A program made the translations under genes and the position numbers. A DNA stretch of 47,956 nucleotides from assembly GCA_945870555.1 (NCBI GenBank), contig CAMBSI010000004.1:1-47956 (forward strand), written 5' to 3'. The notes beneath the pieces are model-generated. The model had not been told where the DNA came from. It saw nothing but the letters and a program-made list of their open reading frames with translations, and ran no database searches. This document shows, in pieces, positions 23,373 through 32,322 of the stretch. The stretch is from Staphylococcus epidermidis (GTDB lineage: Bacteria; Bacillota_I; Bacilli_A; RFN20; CAG-826). Every line of letters starts with the position of its first letter. Position 1 is the stretch's first letter.

Positions 23373-24136
23373 TTGGTAAATTTCCTCCCTTTCTCAATCG
23401 CCAATAATTCCCAATCACCGGTTCGACCTTCATCTAATTCTTTGATGAGTGCGATCATCTCTTTGGTGAGGTGAAGTTTTGCAAACAAATCAGGGCGATA
23501 ACGTCTTGTGAGGTTAAGCGATTGCTTTAACCGCCATTTGCGAATGGCCTCATGATTTCCCGAGTATAAAATGTCAGGGACTTTTTTACCGTCAATATCT
23601 CGTGGTTCTGTAAATTGTGGGTATTCAAGTAAACCATGAGTAAATGATTCCTCTTGTAAGGATGATGGTTCAATCACGCCAGGCAATAAACGAATCACTG
23701 CATCTAAAATGGCCATCGCCGCCACTTCCCCACCGGTCATGACAAAATCTCCAAGTGACATCCATTCATCGACATCATCATGTATCCGTTCATCGAAACC
23801 TTCGTAATGACCACAAATCAAGGTGATCGATGGAAGTTGACTTAACCGGGTTGCATCTGCTTGGGAAAATGCTTTACCTCGAGGGGTTAACAATATTTTT
23901 CTTGTTGGTTTTGGAATCGATAACAAGGCATCATGAATGGGTTGATGTTTTAAAACTAGACCTGCGCCACCGCCGATTGGGGGCGTATCAACGCGGCGAT
24001 AAGGATCTTTGGTAAAGGCACGAAATGGAACAAGATTGACGTTTGCTTTGCCTTCTCCGATTGCTCTTTTGATGATGGACGTGGTTAAGAAACCTTGAAA
24101 CATGTCCGGAAACAAGGTCAAGACATGTAAGGTCAT
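23369..24136 (-). CDS. trmD: tRNA (guanine37-N1)-methyltransferase
   Basis: VLTLFP, P-GGGAG, CGHYEGFDER, SLGDFVMTGGE and SGNH. Start ATG 24136 overlaps the rimM stop (ATGA). Confidence 0.97.
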   Translation of the reverse strand: MTLHVLTLFPDMFQGFLTTSIIKRAIGEGKANVNLVPFRAFTKDPYRRVDTPPIGGGAGLVLKHQPIHDALLSIPKPTRKILLTPRGKAFSQADATRLSQLPSITLICGHYEGFDERIHDDVDEWMSLGDFVMTGGEVAAMAILDAVIRLLPGVIEPSSLQEESFTHGLLEYPQFTEPRDIDGKKVPDILYSGNHEAIRKWRLKQSLNLTRRYRPDLFAKLHLTKEMIALIKELDEGRTGDWELLAIEKGRKFTK

Positions 24137-24639
24137 AACATGCCTTCTACGAAGCGAACGCAAATGACCTTTGATTCAAGGTTAACGTCCACAATAAACG
24201 GTTCAATAAACGGAATCAACACATCACTTTTTCCTTCACGTTGCATCCTGAGCAATGCCCGATTTGCCATACGTTCAATTGCCGAAACTTTTCCGACAAT
24301 CAGATTGGTATCGGTTGTGATCGTCATCCCAATTAAGTCCTCATGATAAAAATTACCTGCTTTTAAACGAATCTCATCCTTCTTTGCATACAAGAATAAA
24401 CCCATCCAACCTTGGACGAGGTTGATATCAAGGTGATCTTGAAATTGAATGAAATCAAGACCAGGTTCATGGCGAGCCTGTTTGACAATTAATGGAACAT
24501 ATTGGCCATTTTTTTCAAGGTAAACCGTATTCCCTTTGCGATAACGAAGCAAAGGAAAATCAGTTAAGGAAGCAATCTTCAATTCACCTTGAAGACCGCG
24601 AACGTTGATAATTTTACCAATCGTGATGAGTGTATCCAT
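24133..24639 (-). CDS. rimM: Ribosome maturation factor RimM
   Basis: IGKI-NV-GL-GELKI, FY--DLIG and LIPFI--FI--V. Located between khpA and trmD. Confidence 0.93.
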   Translation of the reverse strand: MDTLITIGKIINVRGLQGELKIASLTDFPLLRYRKGNTVYLEKNGQYVPLIVKQARHEPGLDFIQFQDHLDINLVQGWMGLFLYAKKDEIRLKAGNFYHEDLIGMTITTDTNLIVGKVSAIERMANRALLRMQREGKSDVLIPFIEPFIVDVNLESKVICVRFVEGML

Positions 24640-24671
24640 AAAGAAAAAACCGAGGAACGTTATTCCTCGGT
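24640..24671 (-). terminator. Intrinsic terminator/attenuator between khpA and rimM
   Basis: Minus strand ACCGAGGAA-taacg-TTCCTCGGT then TTTTTCTTT immediately before the rimM ATG. Confidence 0.7.
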
Positions 24672-24926
24672 GGTTGTCTTTTCAAACGCTTCAAATTTGA
24701 GATGAACGCGGCGATTATCAATCTTTCCTGCAATTGAAATCACTTCGCGTAAGGCATCGGCGATGATACCTTTACGACCAATTAGTCTTGAGGTGTCTTC
24801 ACCTTCGGCAACAATCAGCAAGGTTAAATCGATGGGATTGTCATTTGGTAATTCGCGAATTAAAAGCGCATCTTTATTTTCAACGAAATCATCAACAAAC
24901 GCGTGAATGATCGCTGGGTAGTCCAT
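24660..24926 (-). CDS. khpA: KH-domain RNA-binding protein KhpA (YlqC)
   Basis: D---LIGRKG--A-ALR KH motif. Directly follows rpsP. Confidence 0.88.
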   Translation of the reverse strand: MDYPAIIHAFVDDFVENKDALLIRELPNDNPIDLTLLIVAEGEDTSRLIGRKGIIADALREVISIAGKIDNRRVHLKFEAFEKTTTEE

Positions 24927-24928
24927 AG

Positions 24929-25201
24929 TTATTTACCTTTTTTTGAAGCGAGGAAGGTTTTCATGATGCCTTTATGTTTAAATAAAGTCTTCACCGTGTC
25001 GGAAATTTGTGCGCCTAAACCTAACCACTTTAATGCAATGGCTTCATCAATGGTGGCTTCCGTTGCAGGCTTTTGTGGATCATAAAAACCGACTTGTTCA
25101 ATATAACGTCCATCACGAGCGTATCGTGAGTCTGCTGCAACAATACGATAAGAAGGATCTGCGTGACGACCAGTACGTGCTAAACGAATTCTAACTGCCA
25201 T
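24929..25201 (-). CDS. rpsP: 30S ribosomal protein bS16
   Basis: MAVRIRLAR-G, YRIVAADSR--RDGR-IE-VG-YDP and GAQ-SDTV. AAAGGAG SD. Confidence 0.98.
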   Translation of the reverse strand: MAVRIRLARTGRHADPSYRIVAADSRYARDGRYIEQVGFYDPQKPATEATIDEAIALKWLGLGAQISDTVKTLFKHKGIMKTFLASKKGK

Positions 25202-25233
25202 AATTTTAATTCTCCTTTAATCTTTGTGCCATT

Positions 25234-25262
25234 ATTTTAATCAATGTATCATCATCTGTCAA
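25234..25262 (-). promoter_or_regulatory. sigma-A promoter of the rpsP operon
   Basis: Minus strand TTGACA-17 nt-TAAAAT. Confidence 0.85.
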
Positions 25263-25268
25263 GTTCTT

Positions 25269-26456
25269 TTACTTTACAGCGTTGAAGGTAAATAAACTTG
25301 GAATCACTTGCCCATCGTATGTGAAAAAGGTTTGGTTCGCCCACGAAGTAAAGTCATCTTTACCCTCAATCGGAATCCATGCCGGCTCCCAATAAACAAC
25401 CCCTAAACCACGACCAGAAGATACCTCAGTCATCATGACCAATGTGTCATATACCAATTGCGACTGCCCAGCAATGGTTGCAGGATAAGATGAGTCTTGG
25501 TTCTGGGTCGGTCCATAAATATTGGTGCCGTTTGGATTTGCTTTTAAGGTAAAAGCATGGGCGGTTTCCACGAGCAAAATATCTTTTTCAAATTGAATGG
25601 AAAGTTGATCAAAATTGGCTTTAACTGCTTCAAGGGGTCCATTCCAATAACTATAATAACTACCTGCAATAATATCGAAGTCAACGCCCGCTGCTAATAT
25701 CGTTAAGAAGAATTGATAAAACTGCGTTGCATCGTTTGAACTTGCCAGGTGAATCATAATTTTGGTTGCTGGAGAGATCGAGCGAACGGCATTCACGCCT
25801 GCCTTTAACAATTGAATGAGTGGGGAAAAATTCGTTTGACCATCTTGATAGATTTTTCCATCATCCCAAAGCATCCCATTGTTAATCTCATTTCCAATTT
25901 GAACATAATCGGGCGTCAGACCAAGACGATCGAAATGCTCCATCGTTTCAAGGGTGTATTCGGATAAGGTTTCAACGAGATCGTGGAATGACAAATCCTC
26001 CCAAGCATGGGGTTTAGTTTGATTGCCAGGGTCTGCCCACGTATCCGAATAATGGAAATCTAAAAGCCATTTCATTCCATAACTTTTGGCGATGGTGGCA
26101 ATCCGTGTCACCGTGTCCAAATCCAAATATCCCCCGTTCCAAGGGTGATAGGTGATGGGATCGTGCCATAAACGTAAACGAATTAAGTTAATCCCACTTC
26201 GTTTAAGGATGGAAAATAAAGGTTCATTCTCTCCATATTCATTTAAATATTGTCCACCTTGAAGGATGACTTCCTCATACGTTGATAGATCAACCCCTCG
26301 AATAAAATCTTGGCGGTGAGGTGTCCGTTTTGGATGAATCAATTGGGTTGGACTAAATTGAGCATCATAGGTCGAAAGATAGGCATAATCAATGGGTCGT
26401 TGACTTTGTCCGAGACAACTCGTCAGGATGATGAAACTTAAGAGTAATCTTTTCAT
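25269..26456 (-). CDS. GH53 endo-1,4-beta-galactanase, predicted lipoprotein
   Basis: GVDLS, IRLRLW-DP, LDFHYSDTWADPG-Q, VQIGNEINNG (acid/base), VETA (nucleophile) and YWEPAW. N-terminus MKRLLLSFIILTSC has a lipobox. Start ATG 26456. Confidence 0.93.
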   Translation of the reverse strand: MKRLLLSFIILTSCLGQSQRPIDYAYLSTYDAQFSPTQLIHPKRTPHRQDFIRGVDLSTYEEVILQGGQYLNEYGENEPLFSILKRSGINLIRLRLWHDPITYHPWNGGYLDLDTVTRIATIAKSYGMKWLLDFHYSDTWADPGNQTKPHAWEDLSFHDLVETLSEYTLETMEHFDRLGLTPDYVQIGNEINNGMLWDDGKIYQDGQTNFSPLIQLLKAGVNAVRSISPATKIMIHLASSNDATQFYQFFLTILAAGVDFDIIAGSYYSYWNGPLEAVKANFDQLSIQFEKDILLVETAHAFTLKANPNGTNIYGPTQNQDSSYPATIAGQSQLVYDTLVMMTEVSSGRGLGVVYWEPAWIPIEGKDDFTSWANQTFFTYDGQVIPSLFTFNAVK

Positions 26457-26478
26457 AGGTTCATTATAAACATAAGCA

Positions 26479-26507
26479 TTGCCATCTAGCGGTGGCTTTG
26501 TTAATAT
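26479..26507 (+). promoter_or_regulatory. sigma-A promoter of rplS
   Basis: TTGCCA-17 nt-TAATAT with TG extension, back-to-back with the GH53 -10 element. Confidence 0.65.
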
Positions 26508-26529
26508 ATGAGGGCACGTCAACGTGCTA

Positions 26530-26568
26530 GAAGTGGTCCGCTATGGTCACAATCCATATGAACATTTT
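26530..26568 (+). ncRNA. L19 (rplS) leader RNA
   Basis: GTGGTCCGCTATGG-tcacaat-CCATATGAACAT resembles the Firmicutes L19 leader (GUUCCGCU...UGAAC) and lies in the rplS 5' UTR. Confidence 0.7.
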
Positions 26569-26597
26569 GACAAAAATGATGAAGGAGGCTTCAGATC

Positions 26598-26948
26598 ATG
26601 AATCAAAAACTCGTCGATCTTGTTACAGCCGAGCAGCTTAAAAAGGATGTCCCTAGCTTTAAATCAGGCGACACCATTCGCGTGATGGTTCGCATTATTG
26701 AAAGTGGCAAAGAACGTTTACAAGCATATGAAGGTATCGTGATTGCCCGCAAAGGCAGTGGTATCAATGCAAGTTTTACGGTTCGTAAGATGTCAGGTAG
26801 CATTGGTGTTCACCGTATATTTCCGGTTCACGCACCAACGGTTGCAAGTATCGAAGTCTTGAAAAAAGGTAAAGTGCGTCGTAATAAACTCACCTATCTT
26901 TCCAGACTTTCTGGTAAGGCAGCGCGTATTAAAGAAATCTTACAGTAG
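26598..26948 (+). CDS. rplS: 50S ribosomal protein bL19
   Basis: F--GDT, E-GKER-Q-YEG, FTVRK-S--IGV-R-FP and G-VRR-KL-YL. GGAGG SD. Confidence 0.98.
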   Translation: MNQKLVDLVTAEQLKKDVPSFKSGDTIRVMVRIIESGKERLQAYEGIVIARKGSGINASFTVRKMSGSIGVHRIFPVHAPTVASIEVLKKGKVRRNKLTYLSRLSGKAARIKEILQ

Positions 26949-26978
26949 GTTATTACCTATTTTGATTGTGACAAAACT

Positions 26979-27001
26979 AGATTCCTTCGGGAATCTTTTT
27001 T
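26979..27001 (+). terminator. Intrinsic terminator after rplS
   Basis: AGATTCC-TTCG-GGAATCT followed by a T run (cUUCGg tetraloop). Confidence 0.85.
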
Positions 27002-27035
27002 GTTTGTCTAGGTGGAAATGCTTATAATAGAAAGG

Positions 27036-27653
27036 ATGAAATACTTACCCACCTGGTTAAAAAAAACCATCGCGATTGTTTCACAATTAATCTTTGTGAT
27101 GTTGATTGTTTCTGGTGGCTTGGTCATTTTCCATAACTTGTATTTTGTTCCCGTGAAGATTGTTGGTCGATCGATGGAACCAACCCTTTTTGATCAAGAA
27201 TTTGGGGTGATGGATCAAAATGAAAACACCTTAAGGAATCTTGACCGTTTCGACATTGTGATTGTTCAGCAAAATCCAAATATGAATCGGTTTTTGATCA
27301 AACGCTTGATTGGCTTACCTGGAGAAACCATTGCGTTGAGTGAAGCAGGCGAGTTAACCGTAGATGGTACGCTGATTCCCCAACCCTTTATTCCGGAAGA
27401 TGGATATTTACAGAACACCTGCACCAATCCTCAATTGATTGGCTGTGAACCGGTTACCTTACTTGAAGATCAATATTTTGTGATGGGTGATAATCGCGGC
27501 TTTTCAACCGATTCTAGAGTCTTTGGACCGATTGAAACAAGCCAATTGATTGGAAAACTATTTGCGATTGAAGGCGTCTGTGGTGAAGATAATGTCGATG
27601 ATCCAAATGATTGCCGTCAACGAGCATTCTTTTGGCCAAGGATTTACGCATGA
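27036..27653 (+). CDS. lepB: Signal peptidase I
   Basis: N-terminal TM, GRSMEPTL (Ser), RFDIV, IKRLIGLPGE (Lys) and GDNRGFSTDSR-FG. Start ATG 27036 preferred. Confidence 0.95.
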   Translation: MKYLPTWLKKTIAIVSQLIFVMLIVSGGLVIFHNLYFVPVKIVGRSMEPTLFDQEFGVMDQNENTLRNLDRFDIVIVQQNPNMNRFLIKRLIGLPGETIALSEAGELTVDGTLIPQPFIPEDGYLQNTCTNPQLIGCEPVTLLEDQYFVMGDNRGFSTDSRVFGPIETSQLIGKLFAIEGVCGEDNVDDPNDCRQRAFFWPRIYA

Positions 27654-28501
27654 ACCTTAAACAAAACCACTGGTATCCAGGGCATATGAATAAGGCGATT
27701 ACCGCCATCCATGAAAAAATAAAATGGATTGATTTATTGATTATTGTCGTCGATGCTCGTGCTATTTTTTCCTGTATTGATTTACCTTTGGTTACCCAAA
27801 AACCAATTTTGTATGTCGTGACAAAAGCAGATATTGCAGATCCAGACATCACCCAAACGTGGTTTCAACATCTGAAAGCCAATCAGCAGTCCGCCGTTTT
27901 AAGTATGGGAAAAGTGCCAACCTCGCGAGGTGCAATTTTAAAAGCGTTAGAAAAACTGGGTGAACCACTTTGGTTAAAACAAGAAAAAAAAGGTGTGAAA
28001 CGTCAAGCCTTAAAAATTATGATCACGGGTGTACCCAATGTTGGGAAGTCTACCCTCATTAATTTACTAGCAAAGCAACACCGTGTGAATACCGAAAATC
28101 GGCCTGGATCAACTCGTGGTCAACAATGGATTAAACTCGATGAACATTTATTACTGCTCGACACACCAGGAATTTTACCACCACGATTTCAAACACAAGA
28201 AACGTCCTTACAATTGGCATTAATCGGGTCCATGCCGTTAAAGCAACTTCCGATAGATCAACTTGCCTATTATCTTTATGACTGGATGATGAAACAATAT
28301 CCTCAAGCGATGGAAGCGATGCATGGTAGTCATCCAGCCTCTGCCCAAGCATTTTTTAATCAAATCGGAAAAAAACGCGGTTGGAGAAAGCAGGATGTCG
28401 TTGACTATCAATTGGTATTCACTCATTTCATCAAGGATTTTCAAGATGGTAAATTAGGACGATTTTCCCTACCGCGGGTTTCTCATGAAGCAAAATCTTG
28501 A
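27650..28501 (+). CDS. rbgA: Ribosome biogenesis GTPase RbgA (YlqF)
   Basis: WYPGHM, DAR, TKAD, GVPNVGKSTLIN and DTPG. ATGA overlap with lepB. Confidence 0.96.
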   Translation: MNLKQNHWYPGHMNKAITAIHEKIKWIDLLIIVVDARAIFSCIDLPLVTQKPILYVVTKADIADPDITQTWFQHLKANQQSAVLSMGKVPTSRGAILKALEKLGEPLWLKQEKKGVKRQALKIMITGVPNVGKSTLINLLAKQHRVNTENRPGSTRGQQWIKLDEHLLLLDTPGILPPRFQTQETSLQLALIGSMPLKQLPIDQLAYYLYDWMMKQYPQAMEAMHGSHPASAQAFFNQIGKKRGWRKQDVVDYQLVFTHFIKDFQDGKLGRFSLPRVSHEAKS

Positions 28502-29096
28502 TCTTTTTTATTATCAGCAAGGTTATCACGTGATTGCAGGATGCGATGAAGCAGGACGAGGTCCGATTGCAGGACCCGTGGTCGCAGCAGCGGTGATTTT
28601 ACCAAAGGATTATGTCGATCATCGCATTCATGATTCTAAACAACTATCTGAAACATTAAGAGAAAGATTGTTTACTGAAATTACCAAGCATGCACTAGGT
28701 TATGCCATCACGGTGATTGATGTGGCAACCATTTCCCGCATCAATATTTTAGAGGCTTCCCGTCTTGCCATGCAAAGAAGTTTAGAACAATTAACCGTAA
28801 AGTATGATGTGGTTCTTAGTGATGCAATGGCATTACCAAAACAAAAAGTTCCAGTGTTTCCGATTATTCATGGCGATGCTTTATCTCAAACGATTGCTGC
28901 CAGTAGTATTCTTGCAAAAGTCACCCGTGATCGCATCATGGATACGTTAGGAAAAGCCTATCCATCGTATGGGTTTGATCAACATAAGGGTTATCCAACC
29001 CCGCTTCACCTACAGTTACTAAAAACCCATGGACCCATTCAAGGGGTTCACCGTCCAACCTTTGGACCAGTCAAAAAATTAATCAAAACGATATAA
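28485..29096 (+). CDS. rnhB: Ribonuclease HII
   Basis: GCDEAGRGP-AGP, DSKQL, GDA-S--IAASSILAKVTRD and HKGYPT. Confidence 0.97.
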   Translation: MKQNLDLFYYQQGYHVIAGCDEAGRGPIAGPVVAAAVILPKDYVDHRIHDSKQLSETLRERLFTEITKHALGYAITVIDVATISRINILEASRLAMQRSLEQLTVKYDVVLSDAMALPKQKVPVFPIIHGDALSQTIAASSILAKVTRDRIMDTLGKAYPSYGFDQHKGYPTPLHLQLLKTHGPIQGVHRPTFGPVKKLIKTI

Positions 29097-29150
29097 AACA
29101 AACGGTTATCTTTTCTGTTTAAGACCTATTTATCTATAAAGGATAAAAAT

Positions 29151-29984
29151 ATGGTCAAAGGAAGAGACATTATTATTTACTTAGCATTGAAGTATGAGGG
29201 CGACTGGAATGCGATTTATCAAGCGATTAAGGAAAAAGAGTTAGTGGATGAGGTCATGGTTCAAGAAAAAATCCAAACCTTAAAAAGTTCAGTTGTCACG
29301 ATCATTGATGAACAATATCCCGAGTCATTAAAGAAAATATACAAACCACCTTTTGTCCTCTTTTATTACGGGGATTTAGGTTTGGCCCACCTTCTAGAAA
29401 AGACGATTGCGGTCATCGGTAGCCGCCATCCTTCGGTTTATGGTTTGGAAATGACTGAGAAAATCACCCAATCTTTAATCGAAGAAGGGATGATGGTTGT
29501 TTCTGGTTTAGCTTACGGCATTGATATTAGGGCCCATCAAACAACCTTAAAGCAACAAGGAAAAACAATTGGTATCCTTGGTTCTGGGATTGATGTTTGC
29601 TACCCAAAAGATCATCTGGAAACGTACCTGGCAATGAAAAAGGATCATTTGGTGATGAGCGAATATCCATCCAATACCCCAGCGAATAAGGATCACTTCC
29701 CTTGGCGGAATCGATTAATTGCTGGATTAGCAAGAGGGGTATTTGTTGCAGAGGCGAAAAAAAGAAGTGGCACCCTGATTACGGTGGGATACGCATTATA
29801 TTTAGGGAAAGATGTTTATGTTTTACCGCATCAAGCGAATACGGATAATTCAACCAATCAATTAATTAAAGATGGGGCTATTTTGGTTGAATCTGGACAA
29901 GACATTCTTGAACATTTATTAGGTAGTCAAGAGAAGGAAAAAGCCCTACAAAAAAAACCTGAACCTGAAAAAAAGTTTGTTTAA
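29151..29984 (+). CDS. dprA: DNA-processing protein DprA (short N-terminus)
   Basis: YP--LK-I--PP-VL, IGSR, VSGLAYGID and FP-RNR-IAGL...SGTLIT. Confidence 0.95.
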   Translation: MVKGRDIIIYLALKYEGDWNAIYQAIKEKELVDEVMVQEKIQTLKSSVVTIIDEQYPESLKKIYKPPFVLFYYGDLGLAHLLEKTIAVIGSRHPSVYGLEMTEKITQSLIEEGMMVVSGLAYGIDIRAHQTTLKQQGKTIGILGSGIDVCYPKDHLETYLAMKKDHLVMSEYPSNTPANKDHFPWRNRLIAGLARGVFVAEAKKRSGTLITVGYALYLGKDVYVLPHQANTDNSTNQLIKDGAILVESGQDILEHLLGSQEKEKALQKKPEPEKKFV

Positions 29985-30023
29985 AAAACCGAACAACATT
30001 TATCGATTGTTAATTTTTTTGGA

Positions 30024-30051
30024 TTGACAATTTTTCTTTTCATAAGATAAT
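30024..30051 (+). promoter_or_regulatory. Probable topA promoter
   Basis: TTGACA-16 nt-GATAAT, followed by AGGAG SD. Confidence 0.5.
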
Positions 30052-30072
30052 GAACTATGTTTAGGAGCAACC

Positions 30073-32304
30073 ATGAATATATTAATTATTGTTGAATCAC
30101 CCACCAAGGAAAAGAGCTTTGCCAAATATTTAAAGGATCAAAAAGATAACTACACAATAGCCTCAAGTAAGGGACATATCCGGGACTTAGCAACCACTGG
30201 TAAGGGCGGATTAGGCGTCGATATCGAGAATGGATTTAAACCAACGTATCGTATTTCTAAAAAACAAGATAAAGATAAAGTTGTTGAAGAATTAAAAACC
30301 AAAGTCAAAAAAGCAGATAAAGTTATTCTTGCAACTGATCCTGATCGTGAAGGCGAATCGATCGCTTGGCATTTAGCCGATACATTAAAACTTGATGTCG
30401 AAAAAACCGAACGCATTGAATTCTTTGAAATCACCAAAGAAAAAATTTTAATTGCCTTACAAAATCCACGCAAAATTAATATGGACATGGTTCAATCGCA
30501 AGAAGCGAGAAGAATTTTGGACCGGATTGTTGGCTTTATGTTGTCGAAGATCTTAAGCAAAAAAGTTCATGCGCCAGCGGGCGGTCGAGTACAATCCGTT
30601 GCATTACGTTTCGTTATTGAAAGAGAATTAGAAGTACTCGCCTTTAATCCACAAACTTATTTTACGATCGAAACCGAACTCACAGCCCCCAAACAAAACT
30701 TACCTTTAGAATTAACCGCATATCAAACTCAGTCACTAAAGAATACCGATGATAAAACTGATCCAAATGGTTATCGGAAAATCATTCCTTTATCGAATGA
30801 AGAAATTGCCAAAGGTTTTATTGAAAAGTTACCCAAAGAAGTTACCTTAAAAGAAGTGGTCATCACGTCTAAGAAAAAAGAATCCAAGGCGGCTTTTCGT
30901 ACCTCGACTTTACAACAAGAAGCAAGCAGCCATAAGGATTTAAGATTTTCTCCACAAAAAACACAATCGGTCGCTCAGTCTTTATATGAAGGGGTTTCGA
31001 TTGGAGAAGAAACTGTTGGCTTAGTCACCTATATTCGTACGGACTCTGATCGATTATCGGATGCTTTTGTTTCTGAAGCCTCTGATTTTATTACCAAGAC
31101 CTATGGTCCAGAGTACCTTGCAGATAAACCTAAATCTAAGACTGCTATTTTACAAAGCCAAGATGCCCACGAAGCCATTCGTCCAACTTCAATCTCACGA
31201 ACCCCAGAGATGATGGCCGCTTATCTTGAACCCGACCAATTAAAACTCTATCGCTTGATTTATGCTCGTGCGGTTGCTTCCTTAATGACCGCAAAAAAAT
31301 ATGACGTCACAACCTATAATTTCCAAGGTGGAGATTTTACCTTTAAAGCTCAAGGTTCGGTGGTAACTTTTGAAGGTTATACCAAAGCTTATCCAGTCGT
31401 AGAAGAAGATGAAGGTAGTCAATTACCCCAATTATTCAAAGGTCAAAAATTTCCAGTCGTATTTAAAGAATTAAAACCTCATACCACATCAGGACCCTCC
31501 CGTTTTTCAGAAGCAAAACTCATTCAAGAAATGGAATATCGTGGTATTGGTCGACCTTCAACTTATGCCTCTACAATTGACAAATTAAAATATCACCACT
31601 ATGTCAGTGTAAAAAGTCATACCTTATTTCCAAACCCTGAAGCCCATGCAGCGATGAAGTATTTGATGACATTTTTCCAATATTTAGTCAACCCAACCTA
31701 TACCTCAGAAATGGAATTAAAACTTGATGAAGTAAAGGATGGTGAAGTGACGCGTATCGATCTGTTAAAAGATTTCTACCAACATTTTAAAGACCAATTT
31801 GATAAAGCGGGTGATTTACCAAAAGATGATGCTGCTCTTAATTTCTATGGAAGTTGCCCAAAGTGTAAGGAACATCATCGAGAAGGAACCATCATTCCTC
31901 GCCGTTCAAGGTTTGGTGTGTTTTTAGGATGCGATCAATATCCAACCTGTGATTTTATTTCCAATGATGTCCCTTTACCTTGGGAAAAAGAAAATCCAAG
32001 CGATAAAGAAGACGATGAAGAAAATGGTAAAAACGTCTTCAAGTCAACCAGAGTTGCAGCTGAACCGATCGGCAAAAATTGTCCGAAGTGTGGCAAACCA
32101 TTAATGAAACGATTTGCGAAACGTGGTGGTCGTCCCTTTGTCGGTTGCTCGGGCTATCCGGATTGCAGACATTTAGAAAATTTAGATGGAACTGAAATTA
32201 TTTTGAAAGAACGTCCTAATAAAAAATTTAGCAAAGCCAGTAAAACTACTAAAACTACTAAGGCTACTAAGACTACTAAAACAAAAAAAGCAAAAGTCGC
32301 ATAA
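30073..32304 (+). CDS. topA: DNA topoisomerase I with two C4 zinc ribbons and a Lys/Thr-rich tail
   Basis: IVESP, GHIRDL, ATDPDREGE, GRVQS, TYIRTDS (catalytic Tyr), DAHEAIRP, GIGRPSTY and two CPKC...GC--YP-C motifs. Confidence 0.98.
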   Translation: MNILIIVESPTKEKSFAKYLKDQKDNYTIASSKGHIRDLATTGKGGLGVDIENGFKPTYRISKKQDKDKVVEELKTKVKKADKVILATDPDREGESIAWHLADTLKLDVEKTERIEFFEITKEKILIALQNPRKINMDMVQSQEARRILDRIVGFMLSKILSKKVHAPAGGRVQSVALRFVIERELEVLAFNPQTYFTIETELTAPKQNLPLELTAYQTQSLKNTDDKTDPNGYRKIIPLSNEEIAKGFIEKLPKEVTLKEVVITSKKKESKAAFRTSTLQQEASSHKDLRFSPQKTQSVAQSLYEGVSIGEETVGLVTYIRTDSDRLSDAFVSEASDFITKTYGPEYLADKPKSKTAILQSQDAHEAIRPTSISRTPEMMAAYLEPDQLKLYRLIYARAVASLMTAKKYDVTTYNFQGGDFTFKAQGSVVTFEGYTKAYPVVEEDEGSQLPQLFKGQKFPVVFKELKPHTTSGPSRFSEAKLIQEMEYRGIGRPSTYASTIDKLKYHHYVSVKSHTLFPNPEAHAAMKYLMTFFQYLVNPTYTSEMELKLDEVKDGEVTRIDLLKDFYQHFKDQFDKAGDLPKDDAALNFYGSCPKCKEHHREGTIIPRRSRFGVFLGCDQYPTCDFISNDVPLPWEKENPSDKEDDEENGKNVFKSTRVAAEPIGKNCPKCGKPLMKRFAKRGGRPFVGCSGYPDCRHLENLDGTEIILKERPNKKFSKASKTTKTTKATKTTKTKKAKVA
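32242..32277 (+). repeat. 9-bp tandem repeat x4 in the topA 3' end (KTT/KAT)
   Basis: AAAACTACT AAAACTACT AAGGCTACT AAGACTACT. Confidence 0.85.
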
Positions 32305-32322
32305 TCCTTTTATAATAGAATT

